Positions 1-8,728 of a stretch of 20,000 nucleotides of DNA are shown here, piece by piece. Numbering within the stretch: the first letter of the stretch is position 1; every line of letters starts with the position of its first letter. A model generated the notes under the pieces. It was not told the origin of the DNA. It did no database searches and was given only the letters and a program-made list of their open reading frames with translations. A program made the position numbers and the translations under genes. The stretch is from Acidimicrobiia bacterium. Lineage in GTDB: Bacteria; Actinomycetota; Acidimicrobiia; Spongiisociales; JAHEDJ01. The stretch lies in the NCBI GenBank assembly GCA_029210695.1, contig JARGFH010000013.1:44213-64212 (forward strand), read 5' to 3'.

Positions 1-67
1 GTTGCCCAAGGTTACACGCCCGTAATTACCCCAGGGTCACTCAACCTACTCGTGCGAGCGCGCGCCG

Positions 68-1078
68 TCAACGATCATCGGAAGACTGGACGGCCAGCAT
101 GTGAATCAGGGCATCGATGTGCTCCCGCGTTCCGATCGCTACCAGCAAGTCGCCGGGCGCGAAAGAGCGGTCGGGATTCGGGTTGAGTTGAATGCCTTCC
201 TGGTCTGCCTCGATGGCGAGAATCGTGGCGCCGGACAACTCCCTGATACGTGACGTTCGCAGTGTGGCTCCTGCGAGAGGGCTTCCTTCGGGTACTGCCA
301 GTTGTTCGATCCGGAGTTCCACCAGGTCCCCTTCAACAACCAGATCAACGAATCGGGCCAGGTTGGGGTCGAGTGCCATCGCAGCAATGCGCCTGGCTCC
401 CACCGTTTGCGGAGAGACGATCCGGTCGGCCCCCGCCAGGCGCAGCTTCCCAATCGATTCAGGTTCGGTGGCTCTCGAGATCACCAGCAGATCGGGTTGA
501 ATGGATTTCGCCGACAGCACGATGACCAGATTGTCTGAGTCGTCCCTGACGCAGGCAATCAACGAGTGGGCGCGTTTGATGCCGGCACTCTCCAATACAT
601 CGTTGTGAGTGGCGTCTCCTTCAACGACCAGCGCCCCTGCGGATCTGGCCGCTTCCGCCAGGGTGGGGTTCGTTTCGATCACCACCACCTTCTCGGTCCG
701 ACGGTGAATGTGCTCCCAGGTAGCGGCACCGACCTTGCCGAATCCGCACACGATGTAGTGGTCGGTGAGATTGTCGATCTGTCTGCTCATCCGTGCCGTC
801 CCTCGTCCACCCAGGTTCTCGAGCGCCATTTCCAGGGCTGCGCCGAAAGTGTAGACCGCCGTCCCAACCCCGACGATCATGAGAAGGATGGTGACGGCCC
901 GACCAATTCTCGAGAGGTCGATCACCTCTGCGAAACCAACCGTCGTGATGGTGACGACGACCATGTAAAAGGAGTCGAACACTGTTACGTCTTCGATGAT
1001 GACGTAAGCGATCGTCCCGCTGAAGACGATCAGGGCGAGGAAGGCGGCGCCGATCCTGACTCGGGCGACGGCACTCAC
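68..1078 (-). CDS. Potassium channel protein (2-TM pore + TrkA-N/RCK + TrkA-C)
   Basis: Two TM helices around pore motif TITTVGFAE; Rossmann motif IVCGFGKVG; GDAT and GAD RCK motifs; C-terminal TrkA-C-like region (SPLAGATL...GDLLVAIG). The start overlaps the upstream stop (GTGA). Confidence 0.9.
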   Translation of the reverse strand: MSAVARVRIGAAFLALIVFSGTIAYVIIEDVTVFDSFYMVVVTITTVGFAEVIDLSRIGRAVTILLMIVGVGTAVYTFGAALEMALENLGGRGTARMSRQIDNLTDHYIVCGFGKVGAATWEHIHRRTEKVVVIETNPTLAEAARSAGALVVEGDATHNDVLESAGIKRAHSLIACVRDDSDNLVIVLSAKSIQPDLLVISRATEPESIGKLRLAGADRIVSPQTVGARRIAAMALDPNLARFVDLVVEGDLVELRIEQLAVPEGSPLAGATLRTSRIRELSGATILAIEADQEGIQLNPNPDRSFAPGDLLVAIGTREHIDALIHMLAVQSSDDR

Positions 1079-1572
1079 GGGGTGGGCGGGGCTCCGAAAT
1101 CCGTTGGAGATACGTCGTCGAGGAACTCCCTAAAGGCCTCTATCTCGTCCTCCTCGGATTCCTCCTCAATCTCAATGCCGGCATCCTCGAGCACCTGTGC
1201 GTCGGCGAAGAGCGGCGCCTCGGTCCGAGCGGCAAGCGCGATGGCGTCGGACGGGCGGGCAGACACGTGGATCTCATCCGTCTCCGTCCGGAAGACGAGA
1301 TCGGCGAAGAAGACGTTGTCCCGAAGTTCCGTAACCACTACGCGGTCAACTGCACTTCCAAGCGCGATGACGCTGTCCCGGAAGAGATCGTGGGTGAGCG
1401 GGCGCTGGTGCTCGACTCCCTCGAGCGCATAAGCGATCGCCGTTGCCTCGATCGCTCCGATCCAGATCGGGAGGTACCGGGTTCCTCCTCGTTCGCGCAG
1501 GAGCACAATCGGCTGATTGGACGGCAATTCGATCCGAACGCCGACCAGGTCCATCGGAACTCCGTTGCTCAT
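1075..1572 (-). CDS. Bifunctional nuclease family protein (DUF151, Rv1829-like)
   Basis: Family motifs LPIWIGAIEA, RPLTHDL and ARPSDAIALA; acidic C-terminus EFLDDVSPTDF. Confidence 0.92.
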   Translation of the reverse strand: MSNGVPMDLVGVRIELPSNQPIVLLRERGGTRYLPIWIGAIEATAIAYALEGVEHQRPLTHDLFRDSVIALGSAVDRVVVTELRDNVFFADLVFRTETDEIHVSARPSDAIALAARTEAPLFADAQVLEDAGIEIEEESEEDEIEAFREFLDDVSPTDFGAPPTP

Positions 1573-2153
1573 GCGCTCAGACTATCACCGGGATCGGCCA
1601 ACGCCATGCGGCTCAAAACGTCCGGGTCTTCCGAGAAGGCGGGGAGATCGAGCACGGCCCAGATCGATGCGAGGTTGCGGAACCGACCGTCCCAGTCCAT
1701 TCCATAACCAAGGAGAAACTCGTCCCCGACCTCGAACCCCCGGTACTCGAGCGGAGTCTCTACGAGGCGACGCGAGGCCTTGTCGATCAATGTGGCGGTC
1801 GAGAGGCTCGCCACGTCGCGCATTTCGATCATCCGACGAAGCACGTTCAATGTGAGCCCGGTATCAACGATGTCCTCGACGATGACCACATGGCGCCCTT
1901 CCAAAGACGTCAGGGTGTCCATCGCGATTCGTACCCGCCCGCCTTCACCGAACCGGCTCAGGGCGAGAAAATCAACGTCGAGATCGGCAGGGATTGCACG
2001 GACCAGATCCGCCAGGAACGGAAGTGCACCGTGCAGCACGGCCACAAAGATCGGGAAACGACCCTCGAAGTCGACGCTGATCTGATTCCCCAGCTCACGT
2101 ATGCGCGACTCGATGGCGGACTGGGTGATGACCTCGACGACCGGCTCAGTCAT
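1569..2153 (-). CDS. hpt: Hypoxanthine phosphoribosyltransferase-like protein
   Basis: PRPP-binding motif VVIVEDIVDTGLTL; also VLHGALPFLADL and EFLLGYGMD...RNL. Start placed at ATG 2153, overlapping the end of dac, not at the ORF-track start 2309. Confidence 0.85.
   Translation of the reverse strand: MTEPVVEVITQSAIESRIRELGNQISVDFEGRFPIFVAVLHGALPFLADLVRAIPADLDVDFLALSRFGEGGRVRIAMDTLTSLEGRHVVIVEDIVDTGLTLNVLRRMIEMRDVASLSTATLIDKASRRLVETPLEYRGFEVGDEFLLGYGMDWDGRFRNLASIWAVLDLPAFSEDPDVLSRMALADPGDSLSA
1579..1584 (-). promoter_or_regulatory. Putative -10 box (TAGTCT) for a leaderless DUF151 transcript
   Basis: TANNNT hexamer 6 nt upstream of the ATG at 1572, inside the 3' end of hpt. This spacing is typical of leaderless actinobacterial promoters. 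Confidence 0.45.
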
Positions 2154-3294
2154 TACCCCACAACCAATCCCAATACGCGCTCGCCCAAGAGAACGCCTCA
2201 CCGAGGCCGGGCAGCGAGTCCGGTTCGGTGAGTTCGAGACCGACGCGACCGATCTCTTCCATGCCCACTTCCGCGACGACCAGCGGATCGCCACCGTCTG
2301 AGTATTCAATCACGAGGTCAACCTCTCCGGCGTCTTCCGCACTGGCGAAGTACTCGAGTCCTGCGTTGGCGATCGCGTCGGTGGTACCTCCCGGCCCGCG
2401 CTGCGAGGCGACGACCTGACCAACTGCAACAACATTCAGCAGGCCGAAGGCGCTGTAGCCGTACCGGAGCAAAGCGGCGGCATCTGCGAAGTGGTCGTTG
2501 GAACCCATGACCACCGCATAGAGGCGCCGACCGTCTCGTTCCGCCGCCGCCACCATCGTCAGTTTGGCCTCGTTTGTGAACCCGGTCTTGACGCCGATGG
2601 CGCCTTCGAATGTTCCAAGAAGTGCGTTGGTGGTGGATGCCACCCGCTCCTGGCCGTCCGGCGCGTTCGGAAACGTTGAGGATCGAGTGCCGACGATGTC
2701 GGCGAAGGTGGGGTATTCCATCCCGGTCAGCGCAATCGTCAGTAGATCACGGGCAGACGAGTAGTGACCCTCCTCGTCGAGACCGTGGGGATTCATGAAG
2801 TGGGTGTTCTCCAGCCCAAGCCGGTCCGCCGTCTCGTTCATCATTCGCACGAATCCGCGCTCGGTGCCCCCGACGAATTCGGCGATGGCGATCGCGGCGT
2901 CGTTGGCAGAACGCATGAGCAGTGCCCTGAGCAGGTCTTCCATCTTCCACACCTCACCGGGCACGAGGTCGATCTCCGACTCGCCGATCTCGGTGGCGGC
3001 TTCGCTGATCACGACTCGATCGTCCAGATCGCTCTTCTCGAGGGCAACGAGTGCCGTCATCATTTTCGTGGTCGATGCCATGGCCCGCGCCTCGTCCGGG
3101 AGTAGCGCACCCAGTTCACGGTCGAACGTGTCGTCCCACAGAAGCCAGGTCTCCGAGCTGATCTCAGGCGGCGAAAGGGGGGCCAACCCCTCCAGCGGCT
3201 GAGTCGGAATGGAGAGGGGCCCGGCATCTGCGCGGGCCGCGGGTGTGAGGACCACGGTGAGGGTGGTGAGGAGGACTATGAGGCGCTGTATCAC
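2146..3294 (-). CDS. D-alanyl-D-alanine carboxypeptidase (peptidase S11, LMW PBP)
   Basis: Signal peptide; catalytic motifs SxxK (ASTTK), SxN (SAN) and KTG (GVKTGFT); NPHGLD; Trp-rich amphipathic C-terminus. Confidence 0.93.
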   Translation of the reverse strand: MIQRLIVLLTTLTVVLTPAARADAGPLSIPTQPLEGLAPLSPPEISSETWLLWDDTFDRELGALLPDEARAMASTTKMMTALVALEKSDLDDRVVISEAATEIGESEIDLVPGEVWKMEDLLRALLMRSANDAAIAIAEFVGGTERGFVRMMNETADRLGLENTHFMNPHGLDEEGHYSSARDLLTIALTGMEYPTFADIVGTRSSTFPNAPDGQERVASTTNALLGTFEGAIGVKTGFTNEAKLTMVAAAERDGRRLYAVVMGSNDHFADAAALLRYGYSAFGLLNVVAVGQVVASQRGPGGTTDAIANAGLEYFASAEDAGEVDLVIEYSDGGDPLVVAEVGMEEIGRVGLELTEPDSLPGLGEAFSWASAYWDWLWGND

Positions 3295-3971
3295 TGCGGG
3301 AGGGCTTCCCGTAACTCGTCGGATAGGAACAGCTCATAGAGGTGCTCAAACGATTCGGAACCGGTCGACAATGCATCATGCGCACGCCGCTGCGCTTCCG
3401 GCGAGCGGTGACGGCGGAGGGGTTCTGTCAGCGTAATGAGCAAATCGGATGTTCGTTCTGCCGCCAGCATGACGGTTCGGAGGTGCCGGGCTTCGAGGCC
3501 GAGTCCGATGAGCCGGCCGGCCTCGAGACTGATGGCAACGTGCCCATCGTGATACGGTCCCCGTCCGGGCAACAGCCCATGTTCGATCAGAGCTCGCATC
3601 TGCGTGTCGTTGAGTCCCGACCGCGCCAGGACCGCCTCGGCGTTGTACTCACCGTCGGGTTGACCGAGATCCCTGGTCGGGCGAGGTGCACCGTCCGGCG
3701 TCTCTACCGTCGGCTCCTCTCCCCGATCCCACATAGTGAGCTTCGACTTGATCACCTTGAGTGGGAGGAAGTGATCGCGCTGCAGGCGCAGGATATAGCG
3801 CAGGCGCTTCAGGTCGCTCTCGTGGAACTGCCGGTATCCGGATCGACTCCGCCCCGGATGTATCAGGCCCTGGTCCTCGAGAAACCGGACCTTTGAAACG
3901 GAAACGTCGGGGAACTCCTCCTTGACGAGGTTGATGACCTCACCAATGGTGAGGGCCGGTGAATCAGACAT
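3291..3971 (-). CDS. MerR-family transcriptional regulator (Rv1828/FtsR-like)
   Basis: LTIGEV...EFPDVSVSKVRFLEDQGLIHPGRSRSGYRQF...LQRDHFLPLKVIK matches the Rv1828-type MerR HTH. It follows the FHA gene, as in the conserved cluster. ATG at 3971. Confidence 0.88.
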   Translation of the reverse strand: MSDSPALTIGEVINLVKEEFPDVSVSKVRFLEDQGLIHPGRSRSGYRQFHESDLKRLRYILRLQRDHFLPLKVIKSKLTMWDRGEEPTVETPDGAPRPTRDLGQPDGEYNAEAVLARSGLNDTQMRALIEHGLLPGRGPYHDGHVAISLEAGRLIGLGLEARHLRTVMLAAERTSDLLITLTEPLRRHRSPEAQRRAHDALSTGSESFEHLYELFLSDELREALPQ

Positions 3972-4422
3972 CACCCTTAGCCACAAGGAGATGGAACTTG
4001 CCGATTAGGACCTCGTCACCCGGTTTCAGCCATGCGTCGTCTACTCGCACTTCGTTCGCGTAGGTGCCGTTCGTCGAGCCTGAGTCCTCGAGCCTGAGCC
4101 CTCGATTGTCGAGCACGAACCGGCAGTGCTGGCGCGAAACGGTTATGTCGTCGAGGAAAATATCACTCTCCGGGTGCCGCCCAACGGTCGTGACCCCGGG
4201 TTGAAGCAAGAACGTGAGACCGGCCCGTGGACCTCGCTCGATGACGAGGCCGATACCGTGAACGCCGGGAACCTTTGACGCCTCCGTAGGGCTCAGCGCG
4301 GGGTGTGTCTCTGCGGACACTGGAACAAACACCACCGTCGGTTCATGCTCAATCGCCAACCCACATGAGTCACAGATGGTCGCGTCGTTGGCAAGGGTTT
4401 GCTGGCAGGACGGGCATTCCAT
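3964..4422 (-). CDS. Zinc-ribbon + FHA domain protein (GarA/OdhI-like)
   Basis: CPSC...CDSC ribbon; FHA motifs GRHPESDIFLDDITVSRQH and GSTNGT; located between gcvH and the MerR gene. The start at 4422 is supported by a -10 box 7 nt upstream. Confidence 0.88.
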   Translation of the reverse strand: MECPSCQQTLANDATICDSCGLAIEHEPTVVFVPVSAETHPALSPTEASKVPGVHGIGLVIERGPRAGLTFLLQPGVTTVGRHPESDIFLDDITVSRQHCRFVLDNRGLRLEDSGSTNGTYANEVRVDDAWLKPGDEVLIGKFHLLVAKGDV

Positions 4423-4429
4423 ACGGGCA

Positions 4430-4435
4430 ATGGTA
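4430..4435 (-). promoter_or_regulatory. Putative -10 box (TACCAT) for a leaderless FHA transcript
   Basis: TACCAT lies 7 nt upstream of ATG 4422, with no Shine-Dalgarno in between. Confidence 0.55.
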
Positions 4436-4509
4436 GCCGGGCCCGACGGGCCTAGTTTTGGTTCGGGTTCTGAGTCCTTGTGCCCCAACCGGGCCGATTA
4501 TCCATGACC

Positions 4510-4893
4510 TCAGTCCGCGATCAGCGCCCCGTAGGCAGTCGCCTCCAACATGGCGTCGAGGCCCGCAGGGTCCTGGAGCCGCAGCTCGACAAACCAGCCA
4601 TCGCCGTATGGATCAGAGTTGACGAGTTCCGGCTGATCGTTGAGCGCCTCGTTTACGGCCGTGACGACACCAGCCAGTGGTGCATAGACATCGGCGACCG
4701 ACTTCGTCGACTCGACCTCGGCGAGTGTCGCTCCCTTGGCGAATTCGGAACCGACCTGTGGTAACTCGACGTATACGATGTCGCCGAGCGCTTCCTGCGC
4801 GTAGTCGGTGATGCCAAGACGAACTACGCCGTCTGCTCTCGCGACGGCCCACTCATGCTCTTCCGTATATCGCCGATCGCCGGGGACGTTCAT
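4510..4893 (-). CDS. gcvH: Glycine cleavage system H protein
   Basis: YTEEHEW, GITDYAQEALGDIVYVELP, lipoyl-Lys motif VESTKSVADVYAP and NSDPYGDGW; AGGAGG RBS upstream. Confidence 0.97.
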   Translation of the reverse strand: MNVPGDRRYTEEHEWAVARADGVVRLGITDYAQEALGDIVYVELPQVGSEFAKGATLAEVESTKSVADVYAPLAGVVTAVNEALNDQPELVNSDPYGDGWFVELRLQDPAGLDAMLEATAYGALIAD

Positions 4894-4932
4894 CGGATCG
4901 CTTCCTCCTGTGTCAAATCACCGGTTCTGAGC

Positions 4933-5517
4933 TTAGCCCGGGCTGGATGTAGCCAGCGCACGTCGAATATCGATTGCGTACAAACCACCCACCCAGTAGT
5001 ACAGGATCAGTCCGACGATGCCGGCGCCCCAGGCCAGAGGTTCGAATAGGCCGGGTAGAACATCTCCGGCTGCTACGTAGAACGCAGGGATGGCACCGTA
5101 CAGAAGGAATGTGGCCAGTTTTCCGAGATACCGGACCTCGAGTTTGGTCCTGGTCCGGAGGGCCAGCACCAATGCACCGACCGCGATAACGGATTCCCGG
5201 ATAATCAGCAATGCCGCGAACGACGAAGGTAGAACCCCTGTAGCCCACCCTGCAATCACGGCGGTCGCTACGGCGATCCGATCGGCGAGGGGATCGAGAA
5301 ACTTCCCTAGCTCGCTCACCTGGCTCAGCCGTCTGGCCAGATAGCCATCGATCCAATCGGTCCAGCCGATCGCCAGGAGGAGCCAACCGGCTGCAGCCGG
5401 GTTGTCTCGCCCGATGAGCAGCCACAGGAAAACCGGGATCATCAACAGCCTGATGATCGACACCACGTTCGGTATCGTCAGCAGGTTCCTGTGCCGGCCG
5501 TCGGCCCGGTCGTCCAG
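4933..5517 (-). CDS. CDP-alcohol phosphatidyltransferase (PgsA2-like)
   Basis: LTIPNVVSIIRL; signature TDWIDGYLARR...SELGKFLDPLAD; GKLAT; multiple TM helices. The start is uncertain; the best candidate is CTG at 5517 behind AGGAG. Confidence 0.88.
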   Translation of the reverse strand: MDDRADGRHRNLLTIPNVVSIIRLLMIPVFLWLLIGRDNPAAAGWLLLAIGWTDWIDGYLARRLSQVSELGKFLDPLADRIAVATAVIAGWATGVLPSSFAALLIIRESVIAVGALVLALRTRTKLEVRYLGKLATFLLYGAIPAFYVAAGDVLPGLFEPLAWGAGIVGLILYYWVGGLYAIDIRRALATSSPG

Positions 5518-5525
5518 TTCGGCTC

Positions 5526-6542
5526 CTAGAGGTTGTAGCAGGCGACGAAGTGGCCGTTGCCGAGGTCGTCGAACCCTGGATGATCGCTGGTTCGGCACTG
5601 ATCGGTCGCTCGCGGACAGCGTTCGATGAACCGGCACACGGGTGGCGGATTCAGGGCCTTCGAGATTCCACCCTTGATGTCCACCCGCTCCCTTTTGTAG
5701 GCAGGATCCGGCACAGGGACTGCCGAGAGCAGCGCCCGGGTATAGGGATGTTTCGGGTTAGAAAGGAGTTCCTCTGTCGGTGCGATCTCCACGATCTTGC
5801 CCAGGTACATCACCGCGATGCGGTCGCACATATAGCGGGCTACCGCCAGGTCGTGTGTGATGTAGAGGTACGACACGTTGAACTCGTCTGCCAGCTTCAG
5901 CATCAAGTCCATGATCGAGATACGAATGCTCACGTCGAGCATCGAGGTGGGCTCGTCGGCCACAACGAAGGTTGGATCGATCACCAACGCCCTGGCAATG
6001 GCGACCCGCTGCCGCTGACCGCCGGACAACTCGTGCGGGTAGCGGAAGAGGAACGACTCCGGCGGAGTGAGCCCCACCCGATGGAGTAGCTCCGCGACTC
6101 GCTCTTCTCGCTCCTGGACGCGGCCGATGCGCTGGACGGTGAGTGATTCCGCCACCGTGTCGTACACCGTGCGGCGGGGATTCAGCGATTCGAACGGATC
6201 CTGGAAGATCATTTGAACTCGCCGACGAAAGCGTCGCATGTCAGAGCGCTGAATGTGGGCGATGTCGATGAGTTCGCCCTTGTCGTCGAGAAGGATCTGC
6301 CCCGACGTGGCCTCGGTGAGCTTCGTCAGCATCCGCCCCGTGGTGCTTTTGCCGCAACCGGACTCACCGACGAGCCCGAGCGATTCGCCGGGCGCGATCT
6401 CGAAGCTGATGTCGTCGACTGCATGAACGAAGTCGTGAGCTTCCCGGAAAATGCTCTTTGAAACGGGGAACAACTTCCGGAGGTTCTCGACCTTCACCAG
6501 GGGGCTCGTTTGGGTTGTGACGTCGCTCATCGGCTCACTCAC
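5526..6542 (-). CDS. oppF: Oligopeptide/dipeptide ABC transporter ATPase (OppF/DppF-like)
   Basis: Walker A GESGCGKS; signature LSGGQRQR; Walker B VVADEP; HPYT and a Cys-containing C-terminal oligo_HPY domain. The GTG start at 6542 overlaps the oppD stop and has GGAGG upstream (alternative ATG at 6530). Confidence 0.93.
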   Translation of the reverse strand: MSEPMSDVTTQTSPLVKVENLRKLFPVSKSIFREAHDFVHAVDDISFEIAPGESLGLVGESGCGKSTTGRMLTKLTEATSGQILLDDKGELIDIAHIQRSDMRRFRRRVQMIFQDPFESLNPRRTVYDTVAESLTVQRIGRVQEREERVAELLHRVGLTPPESFLFRYPHELSGGQRQRVAIARALVIDPTFVVADEPTSMLDVSIRISIMDLMLKLADEFNVSYLYITHDLAVARYMCDRIAVMYLGKIVEIAPTEELLSNPKHPYTRALLSAVPVPDPAYKRERVDIKGGISKALNPPPVCRFIERCPRATDQCRTSDHPGFDDLGNGHFVACYNL

Positions 6543-7573
6543 TTCTGCAGACCTCCGATTTCGGGCACCTCTTGCCAGTGCCAGCAGGCGACCGAGTGCC
6601 CGTCGGCGACGGTGGTGAGCTGCGGGTCTTCGTCGATGCACTGCTGGGTCGCGAACGGGCACCTGGGGTGGAACCGGCAACCGCTCGGCGGATCGATCAG
6701 GTTGGGAGGTTCCCCTTCGAGGGGCGCCAGCTTTCTGCGCGGCCCGGTGATCGACGGCGTGGACTTGAGGAGGAGATAGGAGTACGGATGCTTCGGCCGG
6801 TGAAACACTTCGATGGTAGAACCCAACTCGACGAGTTTTCCTGCATACATGACGCCCATGCGCTCGGTCACCTCAGCGATGACTGCTATGTCATGGGAGA
6901 TGTAGATGATGCTCATCCCGAGTTCCTTTTGGATCTTCTTGAGCTCGCGCAGAATCTGATCCTGAACGATCACATCGAGGGCCGTCGTCGGCTCATCCGC
7001 GATGATCACCTTCGGGTTACACGACAGGGCCATGGCGATGACGGCCCGCTGTCGCATCCCACCCGAGAACTCGTGCGGATAGCGCTCCATAGTGGCGGGG
7101 TTGAGCCCGACCAACTCGAATAGAGCTGCAATGCGATCGGTTTCTTCGAGGTAGGTCAGGGTCTCCGGCCAGTGCAGACGCAGGGCTTCCCTGATCTGAT
7201 CACCTATGCGGTAGACGGGATTCCATGAGTTCATCGCTCCCTGGAACACCATGGAGATGTCGCGCCAACGGCGCCGCCGCATCTGCTCCTCGTCCAGTCC
7301 GATGAGGCTCTCACCGTCCAGACGAACATCACCGGACTTGATGACCGAGTTGTCCGGCAAGAGACGAAGCAAGGTCAGAGCGATCGAGGTCTTGCCACAA
7401 CCCGACTCACCAACTAGTCCAATCGCCTCGCCGTTGTTGAGAGTGAAGGTGACGTCTTCAACCGCTGAGACGTCGCCCTCTTTGGTGCCGTAGTGCATCA
7501 CGAGGTTCTGGACTTCGAGGAGCGGCGTACCCGCCTTGCCTCCTCTTGATTCGATTTCGAGGGTCTGTGCCAT
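6539..7573 (-). CDS. oppD: Oligopeptide/dipeptide ABC transporter ATPase (OppD/DppD-like)
   Basis: GESGCGKT, FSGGMRQR, IIADEPTTALD, HPY and GCRFHPRC. Confidence 0.94.
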   Translation of the reverse strand: MAQTLEIESRGGKAGTPLLEVQNLVMHYGTKEGDVSAVEDVTFTLNNGEAIGLVGESGCGKTSIALTLLRLLPDNSVIKSGDVRLDGESLIGLDEEQMRRRRWRDISMVFQGAMNSWNPVYRIGDQIREALRLHWPETLTYLEETDRIAALFELVGLNPATMERYPHEFSGGMRQRAVIAMALSCNPKVIIADEPTTALDVIVQDQILRELKKIQKELGMSIIYISHDIAVIAEVTERMGVMYAGKLVELGSTIEVFHRPKHPYSYLLLKSTPSITGPRRKLAPLEGEPPNLIDPPSGCRFHPRCPFATQQCIDEDPQLTTVADGHSVACWHWQEVPEIGGLQK

Positions 7574-7582
7574 GAACTTCCT

Positions 7583-8719
7583 TTAGCGCTTCCGGAGGCG
7601 GGGGTTGACGACTTCGTCCATTGCTCGTCCGACCAGGAAGAACCCGGCCGAGAACAAGGTGATGGCGAGACCTGCCGGGAACATCAGCCACCACACATCG
7701 AACCCTGCGAGGGTGTAACCCTGGGTGTAGGCGATATTGATCATGATGCCCCACGACTGCTGGATGTTCAGCAGGCCGAGGAACGAAAGCGCCGCCTCGG
7801 TGAAGATTGCCCCCGTGACCGCAAACATCATGTAGAGGAAACTCAACGGCAACACATTTGGGATGATGTGCCGGGTGATGATGCGCCAGTGGCCGCCCCC
7901 GGCGATCCGGGCGGCGTCGATGAACGGTTTCACCTTCACGCTCAACGCCTGCGACTTGAGGATGATCGCCGTCCCGCCGAGGCCCGAGAGGATCCCGATG
8001 AGGATTCCCAGCATGGTCAACTCGACATTCCAGAAACCACTTACCACGATCAGGAGAGGGAGCAGCGGAATGAGAATGACGAGGTCGGCCAGTCGCATCA
8101 ACAGCGTGTCGATCACGCCGCCGAAATACGCCGAGATCGTCCCGACGAGCGTTGCAAGTGCCACCGAAGAAATCGCGGCGATGGCTCCAAGCAGGAATGC
8201 CGCTCGTGCTCCAAAGAGCAACTGGGAGAAGACGTCACCGCCGAACGGGTCGGTGCCGAGAATGTGTGGATGCTTCACGCCGGAGAACACCGGCGGAGCA
8301 GGATTCGCCAGAGGCGATTCCACAGTGTCTCCGATCTCGGGAATACTCACCCCTGTTCCCAGGAACATTGCTTCGATCTGGCTGATCTCAGTCAACGGGT
8401 CGGTCACTTCCTCGACGATCGTCTTCGTGACGATGATCGAATCGGCGCCGGCCCGGATGTCGTAAACGCTCTTCCCGCCTTCGAGGTGATTCGCCCAGAC
8501 AGTTGCCGTCAGAATCGGATGGGCAAGCGCCATGACACCGAAGAGGGCGATGATGGCCAGCCCTACGATGCCCATCTTGTTGTCGTTGAAGAGCGCCCAG
8601 TTCTTTCTGAATGATCTCCAACCGAGGCGCAGCCGAACGCGCCACAGCGGCTCCTCGATCACACGTTTGGGGTCGAAGCTCTCGAGTTCGCCGGTCGGCG
8701 GTGTGAGAGTGTTTGCCAT
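7583..8719 (-). CDS. oppC: Peptide ABC transporter permease (OppC/DppC-like)
   Basis: HILGTDPFGGDVFSQLLFGAR; EAA-type loop FIDAARIAG...RHIIPN; EAALSFLG; WWLMFPAG. Confidence 0.92.
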   Translation of the reverse strand: MANTLTPPTGELESFDPKRVIEEPLWRVRLRLGWRSFRKNWALFNDNKMGIVGLAIIALFGVMALAHPILTATVWANHLEGGKSVYDIRAGADSIIVTKTIVEEVTDPLTEISQIEAMFLGTGVSIPEIGDTVESPLANPAPPVFSGVKHPHILGTDPFGGDVFSQLLFGARAAFLLGAIAAISSVALATLVGTISAYFGGVIDTLLMRLADLVILIPLLPLLIVVSGFWNVELTMLGILIGILSGLGGTAIILKSQALSVKVKPFIDAARIAGGGHWRIITRHIIPNVLPLSFLYMMFAVTGAIFTEAALSFLGLLNIQQSWGIMINIAYTQGYTLAGFDVWWLMFPAGLAITLFSAGFFLVGRAMDEVVNPRLRKR

Positions 8720-8728
8720 GGTCCCCTC

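Noticed and set aside
1..67. GTAATTAC palindrome and a TAACCT -10-like hexamer on the minus strand
   Set aside because: It may be the promoter of the next gene outside the window, but it is too short and truncated to support.
925..950. K+ channel filter TVGFAE instead of TVGYG
   Set aside because: GFx variants are common among prokaryotic RCK-gated channels, so this alone does not indicate novelty.
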